Below are positions 19,655 through 29,195 of a stretch of 64,000 bases of DNA, one piece after another. The notes below the pieces were generated by a model. That model made no database searches, was not told where the DNA came from, and worked only from the letters and a program-made list of their open reading frames with translations. The position numbers were made by a program, and so were the translations under genes. The stretch comes from Candidatus Omnitrophota bacterium (lineage in GTDB: Bacteria; Omnitrophota; Gorgyraeia; Gygaellales; Profunditerraquicolaceae). Within the stretch, counting starts at the first letter, position 1. Each line of letters starts with the position of its first letter. The stretch lies in the NCBI GenBank assembly GCA_030650425.1, contig JAUSED010000012.1, positions 905-64,904 on the forward strand, written 5' to 3'.

Positions 19655-21055
19655 AATAGGCAGGAACTTTAAAGACGGCTGATTAAAATATTTTGCCGCA
19701 TTTAGATACCACAAGTCAACTCCTCCGTAATATTTAAAATCGGAGATATCTACTTTTGTATCGGAATCGATTCCAAACTCGCTAAGTTTGTAAACATTGT
19801 CATTTTTGGCGATTTTATGCTTGAGCATCATTATTGAGCCGATAATCTGAGCCGGCATCCCTTTACGCAGGCCCTCTTTTTCGTTGGCATTACAAATCGT
19901 CAGGTATTCAAGATTCCCCTGTAAAATACTTAATCCCTGGATTAGGAGAGAAATAAAAATAAGCGCTATCAGCACCATTTTGATTGCGCCTTTTTTATTA
20001 AAATAAACAAAGCAGGGTAATAGCCACAGCCCAGCTACCGGAACCAGATACCTCGGCCCCCAAGACCATCCTCCGTGCCAGCCATACCAGGCGGAAGTTA
20101 AAATAAAATTAAGCGCGATAATCGAGAGAAAAAAAACAGCTTCTTTGCGGAATAGACGGAAGAATTTATAATATCCCAAGATGCCCAGTATAAATATAGG
20201 GTTATAAATCAATACCCCTTTATCCAGCCAGTATAATAATCTAGCGCTATGCTCTTTAATCCCGGATAAATAAAAATTCATCGCCTCTAATCCGTAACCA
20301 AATTCAAGAATTTCACCAAACCTTAGATAATTCAAGAAAAGTATAAGGGCAAATCCGGATAACGCGGTAAAAAGGAATATGCCTGCATGCGTCAGGGCCT
20401 GCTTAATTCCAGGCCTATTTTTAATTAAAATATATAAAATAAATATAGGCAGATAAATAATATATAGTATTTTTAATAAAAGCAGGCAGGCAAAAAATAG
20501 GCCCCCTAAGCCCAAGCCCTTAAGGCTATTTTTTAAAGAGCAATAAATGGCTAATAGAAGGAAGAACGATTGAGCAGCCTCGGAAAAATCCCAGGCGCTG
20601 TAGCGCCAGCAGAATGTCCCCAGCCCCAATAGCAGAGCCATTATTACAGAGTTTCGATTAGAGCTTCCGAAAAATTTAATCAGATAAAACATTATCACGC
20701 AGGCGCCTGCCCCAAAAAATATGTTATAAAATGATATAAGGAAATTAATCATTACGTCTTCCGGGATGTTTATCAATGGAGCGATGGATTTTCCTAGAAT
20801 AATATAGGGGGTGAAGATGAAGGCCAAGCCTAAGCCGTAACGGGAATAAAACTTACCGTCTTTTTGCGATTGAAAACAGTAACCCGGCTGGCATCCATCC
20901 GCGGATAAAGAATGATTAGTGACGATGGATTTAGCGGTTTGTATTGAAAAATAAGTATCGGATATTTCTATATTTCCTCTTACGGAAAGGAAGTAGATGA
21001 GGCTGATCAGAATGAAGATTAAAAGGCCTAGGTTATTTTTTTTCTGTGTGAGCAT
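19592..21055 (-). CDS. Polytopic GT-C/PMT-like membrane glycosyltransferase
   Basis: Many TM helices, YSRYGLG, WYGWHGGWSWGPRYL; start revised to ATG 21055 behind TGnTATACT. Confidence 0.75.
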   Translation of the reverse strand: MLTQKKNNLGLLIFILISLIYFLSVRGNIEISDTYFSIQTAKSIVTNHSLSADGCQPGYCFQSQKDGKFYSRYGLGLAFIFTPYIILGKSIAPLINIPEDVMINFLISFYNIFFGAGACVIMFYLIKFFGSSNRNSVIMALLLGLGTFCWRYSAWDFSEAAQSFFLLLAIYCSLKNSLKGLGLGGLFFACLLLLKILYIIYLPIFILYILIKNRPGIKQALTHAGIFLFTALSGFALILFLNYLRFGEILEFGYGLEAMNFYLSGIKEHSARLLYWLDKGVLIYNPIFILGILGYYKFFRLFRKEAVFFLSIIALNFILTSAWYGWHGGWSWGPRYLVPVAGLWLLPCFVYFNKKGAIKMVLIALIFISLLIQGLSILQGNLEYLTICNANEKEGLRKGMPAQIIGSIMMLKHKIAKNDNVYKLSEFGIDSDTKVDISDFKYYGGVDLWYLNAAKYFNQPSLKFLPILFLPLILLCSIRLFRTAKEA

Positions 21056-21129
21056 ACGCCATAGTATAACATAATTACGAAAAATATATTGTAAAAGCTC
21101 ATTTTTGGAATAAAATATAAATAATAGGA

Positions 21130-21187
21130 AACACCCCGCGCTTATCGGAATTGCGCGGGTGTTGTCTTGGTAGACAAGGAGGAGGTG
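21130..21187 (+). promoter_or_regulatory. Two-hairpin motif with TTATCGGA loop directly before RBS (copy A)
   Basis: AACACCCCGCGC-TTATCGGA-ATT-GCGCGGGTGT, then TGTCT-TGGT-AGACA, then AGGAGGAGG. Confidence 0.5.
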
Positions 21188-21190
21188 CGA

Positions 21191-21895
21191 ATGAGAAAGG
21201 CATTGTTGGCGTCTAGCGGCATTGTTTTTTGTTTTTTCTTGTGCGGCGCAAGCGGCGTATATGCCCAGCAGGGAGAAGATTCGTCTGTTACAAATGTGGG
21301 TCAGGAAATAAGTTCGGATAAGCAGCAAATCAAGGACCAGAGGCAGGAGATATCGCGGAATGCGCAAGCATCTCGTGCGGAAGAAGCAAGCTTGAGGCAG
21401 CAGATTAAAGCTGCTTTAGATGCGGGTGACAGAGCAACAGCTAATCAATTGAGAGGACAACTTAAGGCGGCTCATCAGGAAAACGTCCTAGAGAAACAAC
21501 AGGATATACAGAGTATGCGCGATAGCAGGAATGAATTAAAGGCCGATGTTAATCAGGCTCGTCAGGAAGGATTTATGCATCCACAGGCTAATGCAGGCAA
21601 TAATCCTCCCGGGCCTGCTGGTGGTCCCGGTGCAGGGCCTAATAGAGGAACTAGAATGGATAGAGATAACAATCCTCCCGGGCCTGTTGGTGGACAAGGG
21701 AGTAATTGGGAAAATCGTCCCGGTCCTCAAGGCGGGCCCGGCGCAAGTCCTAATATAAGGCCTCAAGGAAGCAACCCTCCCGGACCACAAGGCGGTCCAG
21801 GTGTTAGCCGCGGTAATCCTCCCGGGCCTCGAGGCGGAGCCGGGTCAGGAAGAAATGCCGGCGCTCCACGTGGCGGTAAAAGCGGAAGAAAATAG
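21191..21895 (+). CDS. Exported coiled-coil protein with NPPGPxGGPG repeats
   Basis: Signal peptide, Q/E-rich coiled coil, five Pro/Gly repeats; strong RBS. Confidence 0.8.
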   Translation: MRKALLASSGIVFCFFLCGASGVYAQQGEDSSVTNVGQEISSDKQQIKDQRQEISRNAQASRAEEASLRQQIKAALDAGDRATANQLRGQLKAAHQENVLEKQQDIQSMRDSRNELKADVNQARQEGFMHPQANAGNNPPGPAGGPGAGPNRGTRMDRDNNPPGPVGGQGSNWENRPGPQGGPGASPNIRPQGSNPPGPQGGPGVSRGNPPGPRGGAGSGRNAGAPRGGKSGRK

Positions 21896-21902
21896 AAAAG
21901 AT

Positions 21903-21982
21903 GTCATTGCGAGCGAGCGTAGCGAGCGAAGCAATCTCTGAAAAACGAGATTGCTTCGGGCACTGCGTGCCCTCGCAATGAC
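21903..21982. repeat. REP-like palindromic element (GTCATTGCGAG...GAAGCAATCTC/GAGATTGCTTCG...CTCGCAATGAC)
   Basis: Nested inverted repeats; half copy at 29594-29626. Confidence 0.85.
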
Positions 21983-21995
21983 TCAAGGAGGATGT

Positions 21996-22370
21996 ATGGT
22001 TAAATTAGATGTCAAAGCTTTTAGTTTGGCCTTAGGTCTTGTCTGGGGCGGGGTCACTTTATTACTTGGGTTATTGGATACGCTCTATTTTTGGGGGAAT
22101 TCTTGGGGTAAGATGATGACGATGGTCTATATAGGTTATAGGCCTACACTCATTGGCAGCATAATCGGAGCAATTTGGGGTTTTATTTATGCTGCTCTTT
22201 TAGGCTTTAGCGTTGCCTGGATGTATAACCGTTTGGTTGAAGAAAATAACACGGAAACACAGGAGAAGATAGAGGCATTAGCCAAGAAAATCTGGGAGAA
22301 AAAAGGAAAGCCTCAAAATAGTTCCGCTGATGATTGGCGCGAGGCAGAGAAAACCATCAAAGGCTGCTGA
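21996..22370 (+). CDS. Holin-like 2-TM domain fused to DUF2934-like domain
   Basis: KLDVKAFSLALG...YIGY.PT..GSIIG..WGF; C-terminal A..IWE..G.P......DW.EAE; RBS AGGAGG. Confidence 0.65.
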   Translation: MVKLDVKAFSLALGLVWGGVTLLLGLLDTLYFWGNSWGKMMTMVYIGYRPTLIGSIIGAIWGFIYAALLGFSVAWMYNRLVEENNTETQEKIEALAKKIWEKKGKPQNSSADDWREAEKTIKGC

Positions 22371-23193
22371 TATAGCTGGTTATATCCTTGATCGTAGATT
22401 CAGGGGTAGAAGCGCCCGCGGTTATCCCTGTGCTTTTAGCTCCTTTAAACCAAGCCGGTTTAATTTCATCTTTAGAATTGACCCACCAACTTTTTTTGTT
22501 AAGAGAGCGGGATATTTCATAAAGCCTTTTGGTGTTAGCGCTTTTTTTGGAGCCGATGATAATCATTACGTCGTTCTCCAGCGGCATATTTTTTACCTCG
22601 TCCTGCTTGGTTCTCGTCGGTTTACAGATAGTGTTGAAAAAGACTAAATCCGGTATGTGGGTTTTTAGGGTATCGGTTATTCTGAGGACCGCGTTTAAGT
22701 TTTGCGTTGATTGCGCCACAACAGCAGCTTTCTTAAATTTCTTGATTTTTCTCAAAGGGATATTATTTATTCCGTCGATTACCAGCGCTTTATCTTCTAA
22801 TTGTCCGGCTATCCCGCGGACTTCATCATGTTCCTTATCCCCTATAATTATAATCTTATAGCCCTTCCTTCGCATATCCTTAGCTATTCTGTGTATTTCT
22901 TTTACCATCGGACAGGTAGCGTCGATAATTTTATAGCCGAGCTTAGCCGCCTTAGTAAATGTGTTGAGGGATGAGCCGTGTGCCCGGATTAAGAGAGTGC
23001 CGGATTTTGTTTTATTTAATTTACCTATTTTTTTAATTCCGGAAGCCTCTATCTGGCGGACGACATCTTCATTATGCACTATCTCCCCGAGCATATAAAC
23101 TTTTTTTCCGCATTTGGCGGTTTTAAAAGCTATCTCCAGCGCCCTTTTTACTCCGAAACAAAAACCCGCGGACTTAGCTATATTTATGCGCAT
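22357..23193 (-). CDS. ispH: 4-hydroxy-3-methylbut-2-enyl diphosphate reductase
   Basis: AGFCFGVKRA, VHN, DATCP, NTIC, SANT, TAGASTP. Confidence 0.96.
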   Translation of the reverse strand: MRINIAKSAGFCFGVKRALEIAFKTAKCGKKVYMLGEIVHNEDVVRQIEASGIKKIGKLNKTKSGTLLIRAHGSSLNTFTKAAKLGYKIIDATCPMVKEIHRIAKDMRRKGYKIIIIGDKEHDEVRGIAGQLEDKALVIDGINNIPLRKIKKFKKAAVVAQSTQNLNAVLRITDTLKTHIPDLVFFNTICKPTRTKQDEVKNMPLENDVMIIIGSKKSANTKRLYEISRSLNKKSWWVNSKDEIKPAWFKGAKSTGITAGASTPESTIKDITSYISSL

Positions 23194-23197
23194 ATTT

Positions 23198-24238
23198 TTA
23201 GGTGACGAGTATTCTTTGCGAGAAGTCCATCAATGCGCCTCGGCTCTCCTTACGTATCTTTAATGATTTAATCGAGCCCTGGGCTTTATCAAGTAGTCTT
23301 TTTATTTCTTTTTTCGCGTAATCCAATCCCCCAGAGTCAGTGATAATCTCACGGATTTTAAGCAGTTCTTTATTGCCCACGCTATTTCCGGAAAAAACCT
23401 TTTCTATGGTTAGCCTGCGTATTTTATCGCTATGATTATAGGCATACCAGATAAGCAGGGTTCTTTTTGCTTCACTGATATCGGTGAGGTTAGATTTACC
23501 GGTTTGGCCGCTTCTGGAGAACGTTCCAATAATATCGTCTTTAATCTGGAATGCCCGGCCGAGATGCATTCCATAATCGAAAAGTTTTTTTATCTGGTTC
23601 TCTTTTGCTCCGCCAAGGAGCGCTCCCATGGCCAGGGGAGAGGCAAAGGTATAGTTAGCGGTTTTATGGTCGTAGATCTTATAAATATCGTTTTTAGTGG
23701 TTTTCTCTATCGGTTTTGTCCCCAAGAGAAGCTCGATAAATTCACCGCTTCCGGTATGTACAGCTGCCGAGATAAGCTTTCTTAAGGCCCGTTCTTTGCG
23801 CCGGGGATTCTCCTTAACCGCTAAAAAAGCGTCTAAGGCCAGGGCATAGATCACATCGCCGACGACAATGGTGAGGTCTTCGCCGCTAAATTTAAAGTTT
23901 TTTTCGTTCTTGAGATATTTGTTTAGTAAAGCGTGCATTGAGGGTTTTCCGCGCCTCAGGTCGGATTTGTCGATTATATCGTCATGGACAAGCATGAAAT
24001 CATGCAGTAGTTCCAGTGAGAGGGCGCTGCGATAGAGCCCGCAAGGCGCTTTTTCGGAAAATCCGAAATAGCCGATACAAAAAAGGATAGGCCTGATTCT
24101 TTTACCGTCGCGCAAGATAAATTCTTTTATGCTTTTAAAAAGCAGGGGAGACAGCTTCTTTAGGGGATAGGTTTTATCTATGCCGCGGGCATATAAAGCG
24201 AGTTCGTTTTCGATGCGTTTTTTTATTTTCAAAAACAT
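23198..24238 (-). CDS. Polyprenyl (GGPP-type) diphosphate synthase
   Basis: GKRIRP, HDDIID..RRG, KTA.Y, FQIKDD. Confidence 0.92.
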   Translation of the reverse strand: MFLKIKKRIENELALYARGIDKTYPLKKLSPLLFKSIKEFILRDGKRIRPILFCIGYFGFSEKAPCGLYRSALSLELLHDFMLVHDDIIDKSDLRRGKPSMHALLNKYLKNEKNFKFSGEDLTIVVGDVIYALALDAFLAVKENPRRKERALRKLISAAVHTGSGEFIELLLGTKPIEKTTKNDIYKIYDHKTANYTFASPLAMGALLGGAKENQIKKLFDYGMHLGRAFQIKDDIIGTFSRSGQTGKSNLTDISEAKRTLLIWYAYNHSDKIRRLTIEKVFSGNSVGNKELLKIREIITDSGGLDYAKKEIKRLLDKAQGSIKSLKIRKESRGALMDFSQRILVT

Positions 24239-24320
24239 GAATTTATGTTAACATAGAGTTGTATTTAAGGCAAACGATAAATAATTTCCATCTACACGAT
24301 GTACAGATTTACCATGAGCC

Positions 24321-25211
24321 ATGTTTAAAAATATTGCCCGTGCCCTAAGATTACCGTTTATCACCGCCAGCATTCTGCCGTTTATCTTCGGTTCGTTAAT
24401 CGTCAGGAGAGACTTTAATCTGGCTGGTTTTTTGTTTGGCCTTTTCGCCGTGATCTTTACGCACTCAAGCGCTAACCTGATCAATGACTATTTTGATTCC
24501 CGGAGTGGTGTTGATTGGAAGGATAGGAATTTTTACGGTTTCTTCGGCGGCTCAAAGTTGATTCAAGAAGGCGTTTTCTCCGATAAATTCTATTTAAAAG
24601 CCGCGTTAGCCTGCGCCGGCATTGCCTTTATCAGCGTTATCTTTTTAGCAGTTAATTTAAAAAGCTGGTTTGTTATTCTGATTTATCTTTTGATTATCAT
24701 TTTGAGTTGGCAATATACCGCCAAGCCGTTAACCTTTTCCTATAATTATCTCGGTGAATTTTTTGTCTTTTTACTTTTCGGCCCCGCGCTGGTAATGGGA
24801 GGGTATTTTATTCAGACCGGGATCTTCCCCAGCCTAAAGAGTTTGGTTATGTCTTTACCTTTTGGTTTTTTTACCATGGCTATACTTTTTGCCAATGAGG
24901 TCCCGGATTTCTTCGGAGATAAACAAGCGGGGAAAAATAACCTGATAACTTTCTGCGGTATCGAAGGGGCTTTTCTTGTTTACTATACGTTGATAGCCTT
25001 GGGCCTCTTATCCATCTTTGCCTGTGTATTTCTGGGGTATCTAAGCATTATTGCTATTTTTTCCGCCGTAATAATTATACCCGCGATAAGAGCAAGGGAT
25101 ATTTTGAAGAGGGATTACTCTGATAAGTTTAAATTATTGCGTTCCTCGAAACTTACCATAGATATCCAGATGCTCACCGGAATTATTCTAATCTTGAACC
25201 TGTTGTTATGA
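24321..25211 (+). CDS. UbiA-family (MenA-like) prenyltransferase
   Basis: NLINDYFD..SGVD, NEVPD...DK.AGK, multiple TMs. Confidence 0.85.
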   Translation: MFKNIARALRLPFITASILPFIFGSLIVRRDFNLAGFLFGLFAVIFTHSSANLINDYFDSRSGVDWKDRNFYGFFGGSKLIQEGVFSDKFYLKAALACAGIAFISVIFLAVNLKSWFVILIYLLIIILSWQYTAKPLTFSYNYLGEFFVFLLFGPALVMGGYFIQTGIFPSLKSLVMSLPFGFFTMAILFANEVPDFFGDKQAGKNNLITFCGIEGAFLVYYTLIALGLLSIFACVFLGYLSIIAIFSAVIIIPAIRARDILKRDYSDKFKLLRSSKLTIDIQMLTGIILILNLLL

Positions 25212-26338
25212 AAAAAGTTATTATTATCGGCGGAGGTTTTGCCGGATTAGCCAGCCTTTTTAGGCTGAGCCGCTACAAAAAGCGGTTTGATTTGGCAATC
25301 ACTCTGATTAGCGATAGGGAGCAGGTTAATTTCTTACCTATGCTTCCGGATTGCTTAGGTAGAAGCGTAAAAACCAAACACCTGCTTTTTAATTTGGCTG
25401 ATTTAAGCGCCAAAAAATATTTCAATCTTCTGAAGAGCAGAGTTATTGCCGTAGACTTGAAGAAAAAAGAGGTTGTTACCTCCGGGCAATCCCTAAACTA
25501 CGATTTTTTAATTATCTCAAGCGGCACGGAAACAAATTTCTACGGCAATAACATGGCCAGAGAGCATTCTTTTAAACTTGACAGTGTCGAAGACGCCGCG
25601 TTCTTATTCGAGGCGTTAGAGAAAAATAGCTATGCTGCTTACCTGATCGCCGGCGGAGGTTACACCGGAATAGAGGTGGCTACAAATTTAAGGGTTTATT
25701 TAGAGAAGAGAAAGATAGGCAGGAAAATAGTGATCATAGAGCGCGCGCCCGCCATCTTGGGGCCCCTGCCGCAGTGGTTGAAGAATTGTGTTGAAGACAA
25801 TCTTAAAAGGCTCGATATAGAGGTAATCGTTAATTCCACTATTGAAAAGATTGAAACCGAAAGCACAAGCTTAGCTGACGGAAGAACCTTCAATCATGCT
25901 ATGCTTATTTGGGCTGCGGGCGTAAGAACTGCCGATTTTATCCAGAATTTGGAAGTAGAAAAAAATCCGCAGGGCAGGATTAAGGTCGATGAGTATCTTA
26001 GGGTTAATGACGCCTGTTTTGCCGCAGGGGACACCGCGTATTTTCTCTATAAGCATAATTTTTTAAGGATGGCTGTACAATTTGCCATAGCCCAAGGCGC
26101 CTGTAGTGCCAAGAATATCATCAGGAGTTTAGCCGGGAAGAGATTGATTGAATATAAGGCTGCGGACCTCGGGCTCATTGTTCCAATGGCGAATAATCAT
26201 GGCTGCGGAAGAATTTTAGGGATGAAGATGCGGGGATTTTTACCCGTATTCTTCCATTATTTTATGTGTATTTACCGCTCCTATGGTTTTAAGAACAAAA
26301 TAGGGATTATTAAAGATTTAGTTACAGGCAATGCGTAA
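25208..26338 (+). CDS. FAD-dependent oxidoreductase, NDH-2 family
   Basis: IIGGGFAG, GGGYTGIEVA, WAAGV, FAAGD. Confidence 0.85.
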   Translation: MKKVIIIGGGFAGLASLFRLSRYKKRFDLAITLISDREQVNFLPMLPDCLGRSVKTKHLLFNLADLSAKKYFNLLKSRVIAVDLKKKEVVTSGQSLNYDFLIISSGTETNFYGNNMAREHSFKLDSVEDAAFLFEALEKNSYAAYLIAGGGYTGIEVATNLRVYLEKRKIGRKIVIIERAPAILGPLPQWLKNCVEDNLKRLDIEVIVNSTIEKIETESTSLADGRTFNHAMLIWAAGVRTADFIQNLEVEKNPQGRIKVDEYLRVNDACFAAGDTAYFLYKHNFLRMAVQFAIAQGACSAKNIIRSLAGKRLIEYKAADLGLIVPMANNHGCGRILGMKMRGFLPVFFHYFMCIYRSYGFKNKIGIIKDLVTGNA

Positions 26339-27176
26339 CGCTTTTAAGAAAAATAATTTTATTGAGCATTCCATAAAGGGCGTATTGTTGTTTTTTAAAG
26401 ATTCGGTTTTATCCGAGGAGCAGGCGTCCTACCGCGGATTCCTGCAGTCAATCGACCCCCGGGTCAAAACAATTACAGTTATATCGCTTTGTATCGCGGT
26501 ACTGGTTACCAAGAATATATATGCGTTAATCTTTTTGTATTCTTTTTCAATTTTACTGGCAGCTATTTCCAAGCTGAATTTAGGATTCTTTCTAAAAAGG
26601 ACCTGGGTTTTTATTCCGCTATTTTCACTTTTTATCGCTATCCCGGCGGTCTTTAGTTTTGTCAGCCCCGGCGAGGCCCTGGTTACTTTTAAATTTATTG
26701 GCTTCAATCTAGCGATCACGCGGCAGGGTTTAGCGGGAGCGATTTTATTCGTATCCCGTGTCGCTGCCTCGGTATCGCTAGTCATCTTGCTTAGCCTCTC
26801 CACCCGTCAATCTGCCCTGCTTAAGGTTTTACGCGTGCTTAAGGTGCCGCAAGTTTTTGTGATGGTTCTAGGTATGTCTTACCGGTACATCTATCTTTTT
26901 ATGGAGATAGTCGAGAATACTTACCTCGGGATAAAGAGCCGTACCGGCGCCTTAATTCATTACCAAAAGGGGCAGTCAATAGTAGCTTGGAATATCGCGA
27001 CGCTTTGGCAGAGGTCTTTTAAGTTAAACGAAGATGTTTACAGCGCTATGCTCTCGCGAGGCTATAGGGGAGAACCGGTTTTAATCGAAGAATTTAAAAC
27101 TACTTTCAAGGATTGGGTTTGGATTTGTTTTGTAGCGATAATATTCATCGGGGTAATCATATTTAGAAATGGATGA
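26331..27176 (+). CDS. cbiQ: Co/Ni ECF transporter T component
   Basis: IDPRVK, YRYI, KSR, AMLSRG motifs. Confidence 0.88.
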   Translation: MRNAFKKNNFIEHSIKGVLLFFKDSVLSEEQASYRGFLQSIDPRVKTITVISLCIAVLVTKNIYALIFLYSFSILLAAISKLNLGFFLKRTWVFIPLFSLFIAIPAVFSFVSPGEALVTFKFIGFNLAITRQGLAGAILFVSRVAASVSLVILLSLSTRQSALLKVLRVLKVPQVFVMVLGMSYRYIYLFMEIVENTYLGIKSRTGALIHYQKGQSIVAWNIATLWQRSFKLNEDVYSAMLSRGYRGEPVLIEEFKTTFKDWVWICFVAIIFIGVIIFRNG

Positions 27177-27981
27177 ATTAATCTTTAAGTTAAATAACGT
27201 GCATTTTTCCTATCTTAAAAAGTATCCGGCTCTCTGCGGGATAGATATGCAGATTGCTAAGGGCCAAAAAATAGCCATCCTTGGCGCTAACGGCTCGGGG
27301 AAATCCACGCTTTTACAGCTTTTGGACGCGCTCATTTTTCCTGATCAAGGGAATATTCAGGCGTTTGAGCGCCAACTTCGCGAAGCCGATTTTAATGATG
27401 CTTCTTTCTGCCGGAATTTCAGGAAGAGGGTAGGTTTAGTTTTCCAGAATCCGGATATCCAGCTTTTTTGTCCGACGGTAAAAGAGGATATTTTCTTTGG
27501 GCCTTTGCAGTTGGGGATGGATAGGCCTAAGATTGAAAAGCAGGTAGGAGAAATTATTGAAGGCTTAGGGATAGCAGATTTACTGGAGCGTTCTCCGCAC
27601 CAGCTAAGCGTGGGGGAGAAACGTAAAGTGGCAATAGCCTCTGTTTTGGCAATTGATCCGGAGATCATCCTTTTGGATGAGCCGACAGCTGGGCTTGACC
27701 CGCAGACTTCCCGGCACATAATGGATATTATTATCGAAGCTAATGAAAAGGGTAAAACGATTATTACTGCGACTCATGATTTACATATTGTAGAAGAGAT
27801 AGCCGATAAAGCTTACATCTTAAGCCGCCAGAAACGAATAGCCTTGAGTGGTCCGGTAGTAGAGTTGTTAAGCGACGCGGAATTACTGCGCGAGCATAAC
27901 CTGATGCATATTCATAAGCATAGGCATCAAGGTCAAGCGCATATTCATTCCCATCAGCATCTGGATCATCATCAGCATTAA
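27169..27981 (+). CDS. cbiO: Co/Ni ECF transporter ATPase with His-rich tail
   Basis: GANGSGKST, FQNPD.Q, LSVGEK, LDEPT; HIHKHRH...HQH tail. Confidence 0.9.
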   Translation: MDELIFKLNNVHFSYLKKYPALCGIDMQIAKGQKIAILGANGSGKSTLLQLLDALIFPDQGNIQAFERQLREADFNDASFCRNFRKRVGLVFQNPDIQLFCPTVKEDIFFGPLQLGMDRPKIEKQVGEIIEGLGIADLLERSPHQLSVGEKRKVAIASVLAIDPEIILLDEPTAGLDPQTSRHIMDIIIEANEKGKTIITATHDLHIVEEIADKAYILSRQKRIALSGPVVELLSDAELLREHNLMHIHKHRHQGQAHIHSHQHLDHHQH

Positions 27982-28004
27982 TTATGTTGTATTATTAAGG
28001 TAAA

Positions 28005-29195
28005 GTGATAAATTATAAGCAGATGAAAGCTAAATTAATTCTTATTTTTGCGATTTTATCGGCGGCGTTATTTATACCCGCCAATAGGGCGTACAGTGAT
28101 AATACGCCTGTGCTTATGGTTTTTCATTCCCCGAGCTGCCAGCGGTGCATAAAAGTGAAAAAGGATATCCTGCCGCAAATTGAAAAAGAGTTTAAGGGTA
28201 AGCTGCAGCTGCAGTATTACGATCTGGCGGATATTAATAACTACGCTCTCTTAGTCAGCCTTAAAGATAAATATAATAAAGATTTTAGCATCGAGCTGCC
28301 GGTATTTTTTATCAACGGCCAATTGATTAATGGTAAAGGCGACCTGAAAAGCGCTCTCAAAATCGCGATCTATCTTTCCTTAGGCCAAGCGCATAGAGGC
28401 GAGCAAGCCAGTTCAGTAGATTTAGTCAGTCGTTTTAAGAATTTTAAACCCTTGGCCATCGCAGGCGCCGGGCTAACCGATGGGATCAATCCTTGCGCGT
28501 TTACGGTAATTGTATTTTTTATTTCGTATCTGGCCCTTCAAGGTTACCGAAAAATAGAGTTGATTATTATCGGCCTCTCTTTTATCGTCGCGGTCTTCTG
28601 CACGTATTTATTGCTTGGTTTGGGTATATTTAATTTCCTTTATCGGCTGGAAGGCTTTTGGATTGCGGCCAAAGTCTTTAACATTTCAATCGGAGCGCTC
28701 AGTTTAACCTTGGGCGGATTAGCTATTTATGATCTGCTGAAGTTTAGAAAAACTCAAAATCCCGAAGGTATGCTCCTGCAATTACCGCAAGCCATAAAAA
28801 ATCAGATTCATTCCATAATCGGAATGCATTATCGTAAGGCTAAGGAGCCGGGGGTAAGAAAGATAACCCTGTCGCGCTTAGTTAAGCTAATTTTAAGCGC
28901 GCTGATTTCAGGATTCCTGGTTTCTGTTTTGGAGGCTGTTTGTACAGGGCAGCTTTATTTACCGACGATAAGTTTTATTTTGAAGACTACGCCGCTCAAA
29001 TTTAAGGCATTTATCTATCTGGTAATCTATAATATTATGTTTGTCATCCCGCTATTTATAATCTTTCTTTTGGCTTTGTTTGGGGTGACCTCAGCTCAAT
29101 TCGCCCAATTTATCAGAAAACATATGGTGAGTGTAAAGGCGTTGATGAGCGCTATGTTTATTGGTTTAGGGATATTTTTAATCTGGAGGGGATGA
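28005..29195 (+). CDS. Thioredoxin-like domain fused to CcdA/DsbD-beta-like membrane domain
   Basis: CQRC motif; DGINPCAF and EAVCTG cysteines within about six TMs. Confidence 0.75.
   Translation: MINYKQMKAKLILIFAILSAALFIPANRAYSDNTPVLMVFHSPSCQRCIKVKKDILPQIEKEFKGKLQLQYYDLADINNYALLVSLKDKYNKDFSIELPVFFINGQLINGKGDLKSALKIAIYLSLGQAHRGEQASSVDLVSRFKNFKPLAIAGAGLTDGINPCAFTVIVFFISYLALQGYRKIELIIIGLSFIVAVFCTYLLLGLGIFNFLYRLEGFWIAAKVFNISIGALSLTLGGLAIYDLLKFRKTQNPEGMLLQLPQAIKNQIHSIIGMHYRKAKEPGVRKITLSRLVKLILSALISGFLVSVLEAVCTGQLYLPTISFILKTTPLKFKAFIYLVIYNIMFVIPLFIIFLLALFGVTSAQFAQFIRKHMVSVKALMSAMFIGLGIFLIWRG

Noticed and set aside
21056-21367. 104-aa N-terminal extension of the GT-C ORF
   Set aside because: Overlaps the divergent gene and its RBS; a promoter and ATG at 21055 give a better start
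21804-21995. ORF 21804..21986(-) and the 21951 start of the holin-like gene
   Set aside because: These are translations of the REP-like palindrome; the real start is 21996 after AGGAGG
21996-22370. Prophage suggested by the holin-like gene
   Set aside because: No endolysin, structural, terminase or integrase genes nearby
24244-24255. TATGTTAACATA palindrome in the divergent promoter region
   Set aside because: A single AT-rich 12-mer could arise by chance; no regulator or second copy seen
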